This document shows, piece after piece, positions 1 to 21,309 of a stretch of 64,000 nt of DNA (position 1 is the first letter of the stretch; each line of letters begins with the position of its first letter). The DNA is from the human T2T-CHM13v2.0 reference genome, Homo sapiens, in NCBI RefSeq assembly GCF_009914755.1, contig NC_060946.1, one strand, 5' to 3'. Under the pieces are notes generated by a model that saw nothing but the letters and a program-made list of their open reading frames with translations, did not search any database and was not told the origin of the DNA. A program made the translations under genes and the position numbers.

Positions 1-870
1 GTTACAAGAAAAAAATGGAATGAGCAGCAGTTTTGGCCTCGTCCAGTCTCTAGGGCTCCCAGCATCTGGGTAGTAACATGATCAGCCCTGGGAAACCAGC
101 GGAGTCTTTTACCTCCTCTGATGTTCTGACTAAGAGTGTCTGGGCCGTGGGGACTGAACGCACCCTTTGAGGCTATGTGTGTTAAAGTTTGGGGGCCCAT
201 TTCTTCATTTCTAATATGGGGCAGTGTGGGCAGATCCCAGCTCTGCGTTTCTGAGCTGCTGAGTTTGCCCTGGTTCTGAGAATGCCCGTCGCGGTGGTGC
301 AGTCCGCCTCCTTGCACTGGATCTGTTGCTTCTTCTCTCTAAGCCTCTGTTCCTGATGGTCCCTTGTGGAGCAAAGCAGCACTTGTGGTGTAAGGAAGGA
401 AAGCCTCATCAGCAATTGAGTGAGCGCTCAATCAGAATTCGTTATGGATGAATGTGGATGACTGGAGGCATTGACGCAGACACCAGAGTCCAGAGCTGGT
501 ACGTGGTACAGCAGAAGTGGCAAGTCAGCTCAGTTTAGGACAAGTACCTAACCCTGTGTTGAGAAGGATTCTGTGGCTGAGTCTGGGCTTAGGGAAAAAG
601 AATGCTGGGACCAGTCAGCCACACTACCAGTGTGTATGGAGGGTTAGTTGCTGAGTGGCTGTCACCCCCAGAACAGGAGCCTTTTCCAGCTCTAGTGCTG
701 TGTCATTTCAGCAGCACTGGCTGCTTTATTCCCATTGAGTGCCGTGCAACAGCTAGTTGGCTGTTGGTAACAAAAGTTGTGTGAATCGTTTAAGATATTG
801 CAGTGAGAATGTTGGTATCTTAACTCTTCCCCTAGCTGTCTGTGGCTAGGAAGCATCTCCAGTGCTATTG

Positions 871-1115
871 TTTTTTTCTTGAGACAGAGTCCTGCTCTGT
901 TGCCTAGGCTGGACTGCAGTGGCATGATCTCGGCTCACTGCAGCCTCTGCCTCCTGGGTTCAAGCGAGCACATCCAGCTAATTTTTTATATTTTTAGTAA
1001 AGACAGGATTTCATCATGTTGGCCAGGCTGATCTCAAACTCCTGACCTCAACTGATCCGCCCACCTCGGCCTCCCAAAGTGCTGGGATTACAGGAGTGAG
1101 CCACCACTCCCGGCC
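871..1115 (-). mobile_element. AluS with ~50-bp internal deletion
   Basis: Antisense Alu. GGTTCAAGCGA jumps directly to GCACATCCAGCTAATTTT. Confidence 0.9.
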
Positions 1116-1999
1116 CCCAATACTTTTTTGAGGTATACTTGGCTGAGTAACTGTTTAGCGTGTGCAGAGAAGCAGGTGTTTCTGAGCTGGAATTCCTTGT
1201 ACCCAGAAATGTGAGGGCAACTCACATGGGCACCAGGAGGCATTTTTGCCTTCCTCACCAGCCTACGGCATCAGAGAACATTTGTCAGTCTCTGAGTGGG
1301 AGTTCTTTACGCTTGCCTGATAGTAGTTGGAGGCCTGCTCCTTTAAGCTTTGCCACTTGAAGTGATGAGCTTGGTTTTGGCCTTTGAACCTTTACCTGCC
1401 AGCCACCCACAATCAGTCGGTAATGTTGGTTTCCCCAAGCAACGCCATCTTAGGAATTTCTTTGCTTGTTCTCTTACAAAGTCATGCATTATTATACTTG
1501 TTTTCATTTGAAAAATTACAGTTCCACAGGATCTAGACTTGAATGTTAAGCTATTAAAAAGTTAAAGAGGGAGTGAAAATGTTAGCACTCCTAGGGCCTG
1601 CGTACGTTGCTTGCTCAAATCCAGACGCTCCTGGAAGCAGCTGTCTCAGCGGAGCTCTGTCTGCCCTTGTTGTTTTCTGCTTCTCAAGTTACTCCAGACT
1701 CCAGGGAACTAGAACTGACCAGGCCCCACTTTAAACATGTGGATGGAGTGCCCCTGACAAGGCTGGAGAAAGGGGGAGGTCCGGGGCGGGGCCTCATGCG
1801 CATATGGTATTCAGAGTTTATTTTTGCTATAAATGGAATTTGAAGAATATATATATATATATGAACATACAAATAAAAATATATAAAGAATATATGTATA
1901 AAGAATATAAAGAATAATTTTGGAATTCATTGCATTGTGTCTGCATTCTTTTACTGCAACAGCAATTATAATTATAATTATATTATAAAGAATATATAT

Positions 2000-2183
2000 T
2001 CTTTATACATATATATTTGAGATGGGTGTCTTTATACATATATATGTTTGAGATGGGGGTCTTTATACATATATATGTTTGAGATGGGTGTCTTTATACA
2101 TATATATGTTTGAGATGGGGGTCTTTATACATATATATTTGAGATGGGGGTCTTTATACATATATATATGTTTGAGATGGGGG
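2000..2183. repeat. Minisatellite, 6 x ~29-33 bp (TCTTTATACATATATATGTTTGAGATGGGGG)
   Basis: Units start at 2000, 2029, 2060, 2091, 2122 and 2151. Confidence 0.95.
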
Positions 2184-2332
2184 TCTTGCTGTGTTGCCCA
2201 GGCTGGAGTGCAGTGGCTGTTCACAGGCCAGATCATCAGACACTGTAGCCTTGAACTCCTGGCCTCAAGGGATCCTCCTGCCTTAGCCTCCTGAGTAGCT
2301 GAAACAATAGGTGCACACCACCATGCCCAGCT
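2171..2332 (-). mobile_element. Old Alu right-arm monomer (AluJ/FRAM-like)
   Basis: TTTGAGATGGGGGTCTTGCTGTGTTGCCCAGGCTGGAGTGCAGTGG... Confidence 0.85.
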
Positions 2333-2479
2333 CTTGAGAAGCATCTGGCCCATAGCTTAATTTGAAGTGTCTTCATCCCTGTCTTTTTTCTTTTTGTTTT
2401 AAAATTAATAGAATTGACCCTTGAACAGCACAGGGGGAAAGAGGCACTGACCCCCATGCAGTCAGAAATCCACGTGTAA

Positions 2480-2815
<336 letters not shown>

Positions 2816-2871
2816 TAACTAGTGATAGCCTGCTGTTGACTGGAAGCCTCACTGATAACATAAACAATTAA

Positions 2872-3443
<572 letters not shown>

Positions 3444-3634
3444 CGTCAAGGCTTCTTGGGAGCACTTACAGCAACACAAGTGGTGCTTTGTATGAGTCCC
3501 ATAGTGTTATTCAGGGTTTACGGTATTGCACTAAACATGATGAAAAATACGTGGGAACCCAAACAGATCACTTTTTTTTTTTTTTACTATGATATGGAAT
3601 TTACTGGAGCGGTGAACTGCTCAAGTGGAGATAA

Positions 3635-4068
<434 letters not shown>

Positions 4069-4462
4069 AGTACTGCATCTTTACATTTGTTTACATTTCT
4101 CTCAACTGTGAACACAGTCTGTGTGTGTGTGTAAGTTTTGATACATTTTAACTTTTTATAGTAGATTTGTATGTATTTTATGGTGGTAAATGATAAAACA
4201 GATGAGTATCTACATATATTTTATGCATTTGTCGCATATCTAACTTTTTCTTAATTTTTTAAAATATTTCTGGGCTACGTGGTTTGCAGTTTTTTCAAAT
4301 TGTCACAAATCTCCAAAAAATTTTCCAATATGTTTATTGGAAAAAATCTGCATGTAAGTGGACTCATATAATTCAAACCTGTGTTTTTCAAGAGTCAACT
4401 GTAATGTCTTTCAAAGTAAAATCTAAATGAGTTTATACTTGATATATATAAGTTTAATAGAA

Positions 4463-4775
4463 GGAGTGCGTTGGCTCATGCCTGTAATCCCATTTCTCTG
4501 CGAGGCTGAGATGGGCGGATCACTTGAGCTCAGGAGTTCAAGACCAGCCTGGGCAACATAGAGAGAACCCCTTTTTATTAAAAATTTAAAAAAAAATCAA
4601 TCAGGCGTGGTGGTGCACGTCTGTGGTCCCAGCTACTTGGGAGGCTCAGGTGGGAGGCTCAGGTGGGAGGCTGGCTTGAGCCCAGGAGATCAGGGCTGCA
4701 GTGAACCATGATTGCGCCACTGCACTGCAGCTGTGTGACAGAGTGAGGCCCTGCATCAAAATAATAATCATAATA
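4463..4775 (+). mobile_element. AluJ
   Basis: Diverged Alu with a 13-bp internal duplication (GGGAGGCTCAGGT x2). Confidence 0.88.
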
Positions 4776-4806
4776 AAGATAATCTGAGAAGTGAGGGTAA
4801 AAGTTA

Positions 4807-5460
<654 letters not shown>

Positions 5461-6059
5461 GACCCTGCTTAAACTGGAAGAATGATTCAGATGGGAGTCA
5501 TCTTCCCAGCTGGCTCCTAGTAAGCTGATGTCATTCCTGGCATTTAAGCTGCACCCAGCCCCAGTGTTAGGAAGACGCGCTAGAGGAGACACATTAGATC
5601 CTTTTTGTGCTGAATGAACTTGTTGGTGTTTATAAGAAGAAGACAGAACCCTAGTGGCTTCATGCTACTCCAGGACCAAGTCCAGATTCTCGCCAGCCAC
5701 CCAGCGCCTGTCCAGCCCAGCCCAGCCCAGCTCCAGCTCCAGCTCCCAGGTCTTCTCCCTTGGCCTGGCCATGGGGTCTTCGTTTGCTTTCTGTGGGTCC
5801 CATGATCTTCCTTGGCTGAAAGCCCTCACGTCCCCTGTTCTCTCTGATCTGACAACTCTCTGCCCTGTTGACTTAAATGTTGCACCTCCAGCAGGGTGGG
5901 GGCCCGTCTTTGCCCATTGGCACCATCATGTCCCTGCATTCCTGTTTCAGGTTGTTGGCACAGTTCCTGTCTTCCTGGGGTGTGGTGCATTCCCATTTCA
6001 CTGGGAGATAATGATGACCATTTACAGTGATCTTTGTGTATTTGCCCAGCAAGCAAGAG

Positions 6060-8971
<2,912 letters not shown>

Positions 8972-8974
8972 TCA

Positions 8975-9371
<397 letters not shown>

Positions 9372-9376
9372 CTACA

Positions 9377-9702
9377 GGCCAGGCACAGTGGTTCACGCCT
9401 GTAATCTCAGCACTTTAGGAGGCTAAGGCAGGAGGATTGCTTGAGCCCAGGAGTTTGAGACCAGCCTAGGCTACATAGTGAGACCCCCTCTCTACCAAAA
9501 AATAGAAAAAAATAGCCAGGCGTGGTGGCCCATGCCTGTGGTCCCAGCTACCCCGGAGGCTGAGGGGGAGAATGGCTTGAGCATGGAAGGCTGAGGCTGC
9601 AGTGAGTCGAGATTGCACCACTACATTCCAGCCTGGGTGACAGAGCGAGACCCTGCCTCAAAAATAAATAAATAAATAAATACATACATACATTCATACA
9701 TA
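9377..9702 (+). mobile_element. AluJ
   Basis: GGAGGATTGCTTGAGCCCAGG; (AAAT)n/(ACAT)n tail. Confidence 0.9.
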
Positions 9703-9915
9703 CCCTACATAGGTGTCAGCCTTTGTTCTCATTGGCATCTCATCTCCATTCTTATTGCCACCACGGCCACTCCCCCACTTTATCCATCAGGTGGAGAAGA
9801 GGCCTGGGAAGAGAAGAGACCAGGGGCTGGGTTGGTGGTGAGCAGACGAAATAATAAACATACAATGAGGCCATATGACATATTGGGAGAATTGCTTTCA
9901 CTTAAGAAAATCTAG

Positions 9916-10226
<311 letters not shown>

Positions 10227-10764
10227 TCATCTCCCCAGTAAGCTGTCACTTGTGATGTGGTTACAGCTGTAGGCATTTGCAGAGATGGGACGAGAAGACA
10301 CGCCACCCTGGGAACTGGCCCGTGTCTTCACACGTCCTGCACTGCTGCTGCTGAGAACGTCTGCACTTTGTTAGGGGAAGAGAGTGTTTTAGTTAAATTT
10401 ATCTGGAAAACATATTATTAGTATAATGAGATTTTAATGATTTGAAATTTTGTTGGAGCAGCGCAGGGAGAATTTCAATCTTAACTGTGTGTGCAGCTGG
10501 GCATTGTTTCTATTTTATTTTGTTTCTTTGCTTGGGCCTCATTGCAAGGACATGTTTCTACAATTATTATTTAGTTTTTCTTTCCTAGAGCCCTGCTTTG
10601 TTACAGCTCTTAATTTTCTTGTGTAGAAGATCTGCTGGAGAAAAAAGAATATCCTTTTTGTAAATACTTAGCTGGCTTGATCAGAACCAGAGAATGAGCG
10701 TTGTTACCGAAGGAGACTTGTGTTTGTTTAAGGTTTACTGGCGCACTCTGTGGTTGCCGTGGAG

Positions 10765-11520
10765 TGGACCCAACCCAGATGTCCGTTAACTGATGAGTGG
10801 ATAAGCAAACTATGCTCCATCCATACGATAGAATACTATTCAGCAACGAAAAGGAATGACATATGGATCCATGCTACAACATGGGTGAATCTGGAAAACA
10901 GGCTCAGTGAGGGAAGCCATTTGCAAAAGGATAAATACTGTGTGATTCCATTTATTTGAATATCTAGAATAGGCAAATTGATAGAGACAGAAAGTAAGAT
11001 TAGTGGTTCCCAAAGCCTGGGGAAGGTACAGTGACCCCTCATGGGTACAGGGATTATTTTGGGGGTGACGAAAATGTTCTTACATTGACAATGGTGATGG
11101 TTACACAGCTCTGTGAATTTACTAAAAATCATTGAATTGTACACTTATTTATTTATTTATTTATTTATTTTGAGACGGAGTCTTGCTCTGTCGCCCATGC
11201 TGGAGTGCAGTGGTGCGATCTCAGCTCACTGCAAGCTCCGCCTCCCGGGATCACGCCATTCTCCTCCTTGGCCACCCGAGTAGCTGGGACTACAGGTGCC
11301 CGCCACCACGCCTGGCTAATTTTTTGTATTTTTCGTAGAGACAGGGTTTCACCATGTTGGCCAGGATGGTCTCAATCTCCTGACCCCGTGATCCGTCTGC
11401 CTCAGCCTCCCAAAGTGCTGGGATTACAGGCGTAAGCCACTGCGCCCAGCCGAATTGTACACTTTAAAACGGCAAATTGTATGGAATGTGAATTCTGTCT
11501 CAATAAAGCTGGTAAAAAAA
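10765..11520 (+). mobile_element. L1MB 3' UTR with AluY insertion (11145-11451, -)
   Basis: L1MB 3' motifs ending CTCAATAAAGCTG; Alu TSD GAATTGTACACTT. Confidence 0.85.
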
Positions 11521-11873
11521 ATAGCGTGGTACTGAGAGGCAGCGCTCAGAGCTTGTGAGATGTTTTTCTCCAGTTGGTATTCGTTGCATGTTTCCAAGGT
11601 GAGATCTTTCACCTTGGGGTGAGGGCGGGTGGATCCGGGACAGACATGGAATTTTCAGTCTTCCTCCTCCTCCTCATCTTCCTGTTCATTGCCCCTGCAG
11701 TGGTGGCAGCTGTCCCATATCAAGGTCTCACACTGGCCAGGGGCTGGGCTTGGTGCTGTACGCAGATTGTCTTATTAGGACTATGAGGCTTTTGAGATAG
11801 GTATGATAATATGTCCTCATTGAGCAAGTGACAATAGGAAACCCCCAGAAATTGTGTGCACTGTTTTGCCTGA

Positions 11874-12621
<748 letters not shown>

Positions 12622-12757
12622 TAAAAACCCCAGTTCAAGCATACATTTACCTATATCCATGAATAAAAGTTTCATGAAATGATATCTTCCTATAAGCACA
12701 CTGACGTTTGCTACTCTACTGTTCTTTCATTTCATTAAAGAAACGTGCTGTCCAGGC

Positions 12758-13079
<322 letters not shown>

Positions 13080-13429
13080 CTAAATGGATTTTATGACTCA
13101 TTGAGTCAAAATGATAGTTTTAAAATGTTGCTAAGAGAGATGTAAGGAGGAAAATGTGTTGGTGAGTGTTGAGGAGCCCAACTTCTTTTGAGAAATCATT
13201 GTTGGATCTGGTGTCTCATGTGTTACCCTGGGGTTTCAACTCCTGTTTGCTCATTCAGTTATTCATTGATCACCCTGTCTTCCAGGCATGCAGTCATTCA
13301 TTCAAGGTGATTATTGAGCTCCCCTTGAGAGCAGGTATGGGGCTGGGGGTTGGAGATCCAGTGAGTGGTCCTGCTTGAGAGACTGGCCCTGCCCACATGG
13401 CACTAGTGGGCTGGGACTCTCCCATCACT

Positions 13430-13970
13430 CTTGTCTCCATCTTGTTGTGCACTGTTGATGCTCCATTGAATGATCTTGGCATCTTTGCTGAAAATCAGTT
13501 GATCATCAATGTATGGATTTATTTCTGAGCTTTCAATTCTATTATGTTGATCAACAGGTCTGTCTTTATGTTAGTACTACACTGTCTCTATCACTGTAGC
13601 TTTGCAGTACGTTTTGAAATTGGCAAATATGACACTTCCCACTTTGTTCTTCAACCTTGTGTTGGCTATTTGGGATCCCTCGAGATTCCGTATGAGTTTT
13701 AGGGCGTGATTTTCTATTTCTGCAACGAGCCACCATTGGAATTTTGGGAGGAATTGTACTGAATTTGAGAATTGCTTTGGGTAGTATCTTTAACAACACG
13801 AAGTCTGCCAGTCCATGAACATAGGATGTCTTTCCACTTCCTTAAGTCTTCTTTAATTTCCCTTCGCAATGTTTTGTGGTTTTCAGGGTACGAGTCTCTT
13901 GCCTCTCCAGGCAGATTTATCCCTGGGTGGCTTATGCTTTCGGATGCTGTTGTCAGTGGGATTGTTGTCC
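13430..13970 (-). mobile_element. L1 ORF2 fragment (degenerate)
   Basis: Minus-strand frames give KTLRREIKEDLRKWKDILCSWTGR and ILPKAILKFSTIPPKIP, both L1 ORF2p motifs, with frameshifts. Confidence 0.9.
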
Positions 13971-14877
13971 TTGCCAGTGGTCGCTGAGCCCAGCTGCAGC
14001 CTTGTCTTGCACTGCAGGGTGTCTGTGTCACCTACTTGCCTAGTTCTGGCCACTTTTCTTGCAGGAAGTCAGAAGTGTACTGATCTGGAGTAGGACCCTT
14101 AGCACAACAGAGCTGCTCCTTGGTGCTAGGAGATGCGTCCTGAGGCTGGCCATCCATGTCAGAGGACCTGGCGCCTCACCCTCATCATGGGATATCACTG
14201 ACCACCAGTGGGGGATGCATCTCTGCTGGGCTTGGCCTGCAAGGTAGGAGCTGACTGCAGGAGTGGGAAAGAGCCCATGGCCCCTGAGGGGGCCTACAGT
14301 TGGCTCTCCTGTGGTTACTTGGCATGTTTGATAGACGCCTGGGTCTGGCACAGAGAACACTGCCCGCTGACAATCATTGAGCCTCGGCAGGCTGGCCCCG
14401 ATGACATGTTATCTCCCCACACAGTCCCTGGACACACTTGATTAAAGGTGCTTATTACTTTCATAGTGTTGGCTGGAGTGATGTGATAACTCCACAAAAG
14501 GTTCTGGCAGAATCCCAGACCTTGGGGTGTTCCCACCAGTGTCTCTGTGTTCAAAGTTCAGCACAGTGTGGGGTGGCAGGAGATGGGAACTTGGAGACTG
14601 AGGCCAGAGTCTGCTGACTTGAGCCTCTGCTGAGGTCCTTATCAGTGCCGGGAGAGCAGCAGCCTAATCTCAAGATGGTTTAGAGGATTTAGCGGGGGCG
14701 TGCATGCAGAGTTGAGAACTGGCTCCTGGGTCGGTGTGCGGGGGGTGGGGATGGCCCGGGGGCCGTAGCTACAGTTTGTCTTCCTTCCCCCACCGGCAGA
14801 GGTGAAGAGAGGTGTTTTGTCCTGGAGCCACCAGGCCTATCCATGGAGGAGCAGAGCTTCACATGGAGCCTGTGCCC

Positions 14878-15095
14878 CGTCTTAGTCTATTTCGTGTTGC
14901 TATAAAGGAACACTAAGGCTGGCTAATGCATAAAGAAAAGAGGTTTACTTGGCTCCTGTTTCTGCAGGCTGTACGTGGCACTGGCATCTGGTTCTGGGGA
15001 GGCCTCAGGGGCTTCTCCTCATAGTGGAAGGTGAAGAGGGAGCAAGAAAGGGAGAGGAAGGAGGTGCCATGCTCTTTTCTAAGAAAACAGAAACA
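14878..15095 (-). mobile_element. MST-family LTR fragment
   Basis: GTCTTAGTCTATTTCGTGTTGCTATAAAGGAA...AAAGAAAAGAGGTTTA. Confidence 0.8.
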
Positions 15096-15138
15096 CAGCT
15101 GCATTATTTTAAGCAAAACACATATTGGCTTAGGTCGC

Positions 15139-15560
<422 letters not shown>

Positions 15561-16129
15561 GAAGAGCCTGTAATCTCAGGGAGCCTTGACCCAGGTATTT
15601 GACGTTGGTGTAATCTACTTGTGTATGTGTATTGGTGGACAAAGGGGATGGCCTCACATCCCTTCAGCATCTTGGGGGTGGGCGGTGCCTCCCCTCCGGC
15701 TCCCCTGAGTCAGCCCCGGGGAAGACCAATTGTGGGGCTGGATGGTGTGGGAACCCCCAGCTCCGTCCTGTCTCCAGCCATCAGTGAGGTGTGCTTGGCC
15801 ATTCCCCACAGGACCAGTGGGCGGGATGGGGCAGCTTTGCAGTTGGAGAGGATGGGGGTTCAGGCAGGCAGAACAGATGCGCGGACACAGAAGAGCTGTG
15901 CAGAATGTGGAGTTGAGCTTCCTGGAAGGCCCATAGGAGAGGCGAGACTGAAATCTTCTTGATACTTTTTCACTGGGGCCTGAAAGCCTGGTGCAGAATG
16001 AAACTGAAAGCACTTGTCTCGTTGAGCAAATCATTCAACTTTGTTATTTCTGTAATTGAAATAATTCCTGGCATTAATTATGTGGAGAGCACTCATGACC
16101 ATGTGGACATATCTTTTGGGGGCACATGA

Positions 16130-16764
<635 letters not shown>

Positions 16765-17151
16765 TATTTCACTCCATTTTGCCGAGGAGGGAACAGAAGT
16801 GTGGAGTCCTCCCAGCCACATGGCCTCGGATCCGGGCTGCAGGTCCAGGCTTTCCGGCTCCAGGGCTGGTGCCCTCTGTCCTGTGCCACTTCCCCTGCAA
16901 AATGAGATGAAAATGAGTCTCATTTTACGATGAGGAAACTGAGGCCCTGAGAGAGGGTGAGAAACCAGGTCTCTGGCTGAATGCACCTCTCACTGAAGAC
17001 ATCTCCGGGTGGAAATGTTCTGAGAGCTGCTGTGTGTGCTGGTGTCAGAATGAACAATACCCATAGTGCTTGGCGTAGACAATCAGCAAAGCTAGGGACC
17101 CGTTTTCTCCTCCCAGCCCCCTTTCTCACTTCAGGCCCTAGACAAGAATCG

Positions 17152-17233
17152 GAGGTCCGTTTCTCAAGTTTAGCTCCTGTCTGATTAAATTTGAGGTTCG
17201 TTTCTCAAGTTTAGCTCTTGTCTGATTAAATTT
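17152..17233. repeat. 41-bp tandem duplication
   Basis: GAGGTYCGTTTCTCAAGTTTAGCTCYTGTCTGATTAAATTT x2, with 2 C/T differences. Confidence 0.95.
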
Positions 17234-18078
17234 GGATTTGCTCCACTCTTTTTCACGGGCATAAAAATATCTGCGGAGTGAAAATGTGTGCAGAGGATGC
17301 ACTGCGTGCAGGCTGCGGCTCGAGGTCAATCAGATTCCTCCAGCGATAAAAGGCCTGCTGAGGAAGCGGCCCCACTCCCAGCACAGCCCCATTGATTGGC
17401 TTTTATTTTCCTCTGTTGCTGGAGTGATCCAATTTGAAGCCCTGTTTCTGAGCATGTTGCAAGGAACCCTAGGGGCTGCCATAGCCCTGGAGATACTGGC
17501 TGGAAATCAAATTCAAATTGGTGCTTTCTTCCTATTAAAGCAGGAGACCTCTGCCCGGGAACGGGCCATTTGGGGGCTCAGCCATCTGGCACATGGAGTG
17601 AGTAGGTTTTATTGCCAAAGCAGTCCCGGCCTTGGCCTCAGCCTCTGTGTGGCTCTGGTGGGGAGTGTGTCTCGATGTTGTACTGTGAATAAGCCCCATG
17701 CCTACTTGAGTTTGGGGTTTCTGTTTTACCTACACTTCCATATTGTGGGCATGTGGCTGCGGAAATGTGCCTGCACCTGGACTCGCTGTCACTCACTGGC
17801 TTCTCGTGGTACAGCCTAGGGAGGGTTGCCCCAGCCGTATTTAGTTCTTCCTGCCTCAGATGAACGGGCCTCCTCTCCCAGCTCCTAATCAGGAGGGCAG
17901 AGTCTCGTTGGCGGCTCTCCTGTCCTGCTGCCACTGCCTTTACACTTCTTCAGATATGCGGCCGTCTTAAGGTGTAAATGCCTTCCTCTGTTTCCCAGTG
18001 GTTATCTAAAGCAAGGATTGGCAAACAGAATCCACACCATAGATTTGAGGTATGTTTGTTGTCCTCTTTCCTTCTTAA

Positions 18079-18412
<334 letters not shown>

Positions 18413-19474
18413 AGTCCTGCACTCTTCAAGTTTCTATGTGTTGCAGACTGGTGGGGTAGCAATATCAGTTAGAGAGACAGGACTGGGGTCACTTGTCCCC
18501 TGTTAGCTCAGTGACCTTGAGCTCAGCTTAGACACATTGTCTCTGAACACTGTGCTGATGGCAACACCTCTCTCACCTGTCTTGCAGTCTTATTTGAGGA
18601 ATTAAATGCAATAACCTGGGAGAAAGTGCAGGTATGAAGTCAGGGCACACAGCCCGTCACCAGGAGCTTGAAGGAGGAGAAGAGTGGGTGGGGATGTGAG
18701 CACAGAAGCTGAGGCGGGGGCTGAGCCGGGTGTGTATTTCTGCCTGTGCCACAGGGACACCCCTTTCAGGCACTGGGCGCCTAGCTCCTGTTGTCTCATC
18801 TCCTAAGAGAGTCTCGGGAGGCCTGAGACTCCCTCACTGCTGCGGGCTTCAAGAGCAGCATCTGTGCTGAGTAACAGCCATGGGGGCAGAAGCAGAGATC
18901 TCCCGTGACAGAGTAGTTAGGCAGCCGTAAAAATCCTACCACCAGCTCGTGGAAAAGGTCTCATTTGACAGGTGCCATGCCGTCAAAGACTTGTGCTCTG
19001 CAGCTGCAAATTCCCAACTGAAAAATATCAACAATTCTTACGAAGAGAGAAGGGGAGCCCTGCAAAGCTGTTGTGTCACCCCGTCTGTTTGTAGGCGCTG
19101 GGGGGATTGATGATGAGGTGGGGACTGTTCGGCTGGCCACACTGCCATTGTAGATAGCCTGTGACTCTGTGGCTGGCGCCTGGCTGGCCTCAGTGAAGCC
19201 CTTCAGTCCCAGCTCTGACCATGTCTCTGTGGAGAGACAAGCAGGTGATAGTGTTGGGTGGGCAAGGCTGTGCTGGTGGCCTGCTTAGCAACAGCAGGAA
19301 AAGGAAGGAGATAACCACCCCAACCTTTCTTGCTGGAAGGAGCCCTTCCTGTTGTCGGCGCTGTGTGTAACCAATGAGGCAAATGCCGGGAAGCGCTTGG
19401 TTTGTGTCAATGAGGGGAGAGGATTGTGCAGAAGTGCAGGAAGGGACCATGGGAGGAAATTGAGTGAAGGTCTC

Positions 19475-19915
19475 TGTTAGGGGTTTGTGTTCCCCTAAAA
19501 GGTATGTCCAGGTCCTAGTCTCCAGCCCTTGGGACTGTCACCTTATTTGGAAATAGGGTCTTTGCAGATGTGCTTAAGACGAGGCCTGTCTGAAGTAGGG
19601 TGGGCCCCTAATTCAATGTGACTGGGGCCTTTATGGGGAGAGGAGGCAGGACACAGACAGACACGGGACACAGAGGCTGGACAGAGATTGGAGAGATGCT
19701 GCCACAAGCCAAGATGCACCGAGGACTGATGGCCACCACCAGAAACTGGGAAGAGGCCAGGACGGATCCTCGCCTGGAGCCCTCAGTGAGAGCACGGCTC
19801 TGCCGACACCTTGATCTCAGACTTCTGGCCTCCAGAACTGGGAGAGAATCGACGTCTGTTGTTTTAAGCTGCCAGTTTGAGGTACTTTGTTAAGGTGGCC
19901 ACAGGATGCGAATAC
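19475..19915 (+). mobile_element. MLT1B/C MaLR LTR
   Basis: CCTTATTTGGAAATAGGGTCTTTGCAGATGT...GACTTCTGGCCTCCAGAACTG. Confidence 0.85.
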
Positions 19916-20274
19916 AGTCACCATCTGGCCTTTGATCTTCTAATTGCCTCGGCGGTTCTCCTGCCAGTAAGGGTTGTGAGTGAAACTTGAAGGTCACAGT
20001 TGGAAATCAAGTTAAAAGAATTAAGCTGGAAGTGCAACATGAGAGTCCGTCACCCTGAGAGGCGGTGTGAATGCCAAACACAGGCAGGCAGGGCTGGACC
20101 TGCATAAATTGTGGTTCGACAGCACCGGGAGAAAGAAGGCCCGGGCCTGCTCTCCTCACCTGATTCTGGGAATGCCGAACCTACCTGTGTTCCTGATATC
20201 ACCCCAGTGCTAACTTCCCACCCCTTGAAAATGTCAAAACATTGTGTTATGAATGTTCTTCATTGAGCAACTGC

Positions 20275-20805
<531 letters not shown>

Positions 20806-20847
20806 TTAAACCAACAATTTAAATAACACACACACATCTTTGTATGA

Positions 20848-21156
<309 letters not shown>

Positions 21157-21309
21157 TGATGTTACATTTTCTAGAAGTTCTCAGTGATGGGCATTTAAAG
21201 GATTCGGCTGCTGCTCCCTGTGGCTTTCACAGCGCTGCCCTGAATGGGTGTTAGGGCACCGTACAGGTAGCGGGGATGCCTGGGAAAGCCCAGACTCACA
21301 GCAACACAA

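Noticed and set aside
2000-2183. CRISPR-like array
   Set aside because: Head-to-tail units without unique spacers, in primate DNA; it is an Alu-junction minisatellite.
13566-14031. Functional reverse transcriptase gene
   Set aside because: Short, frameshifted L1 ORF2 fossil.
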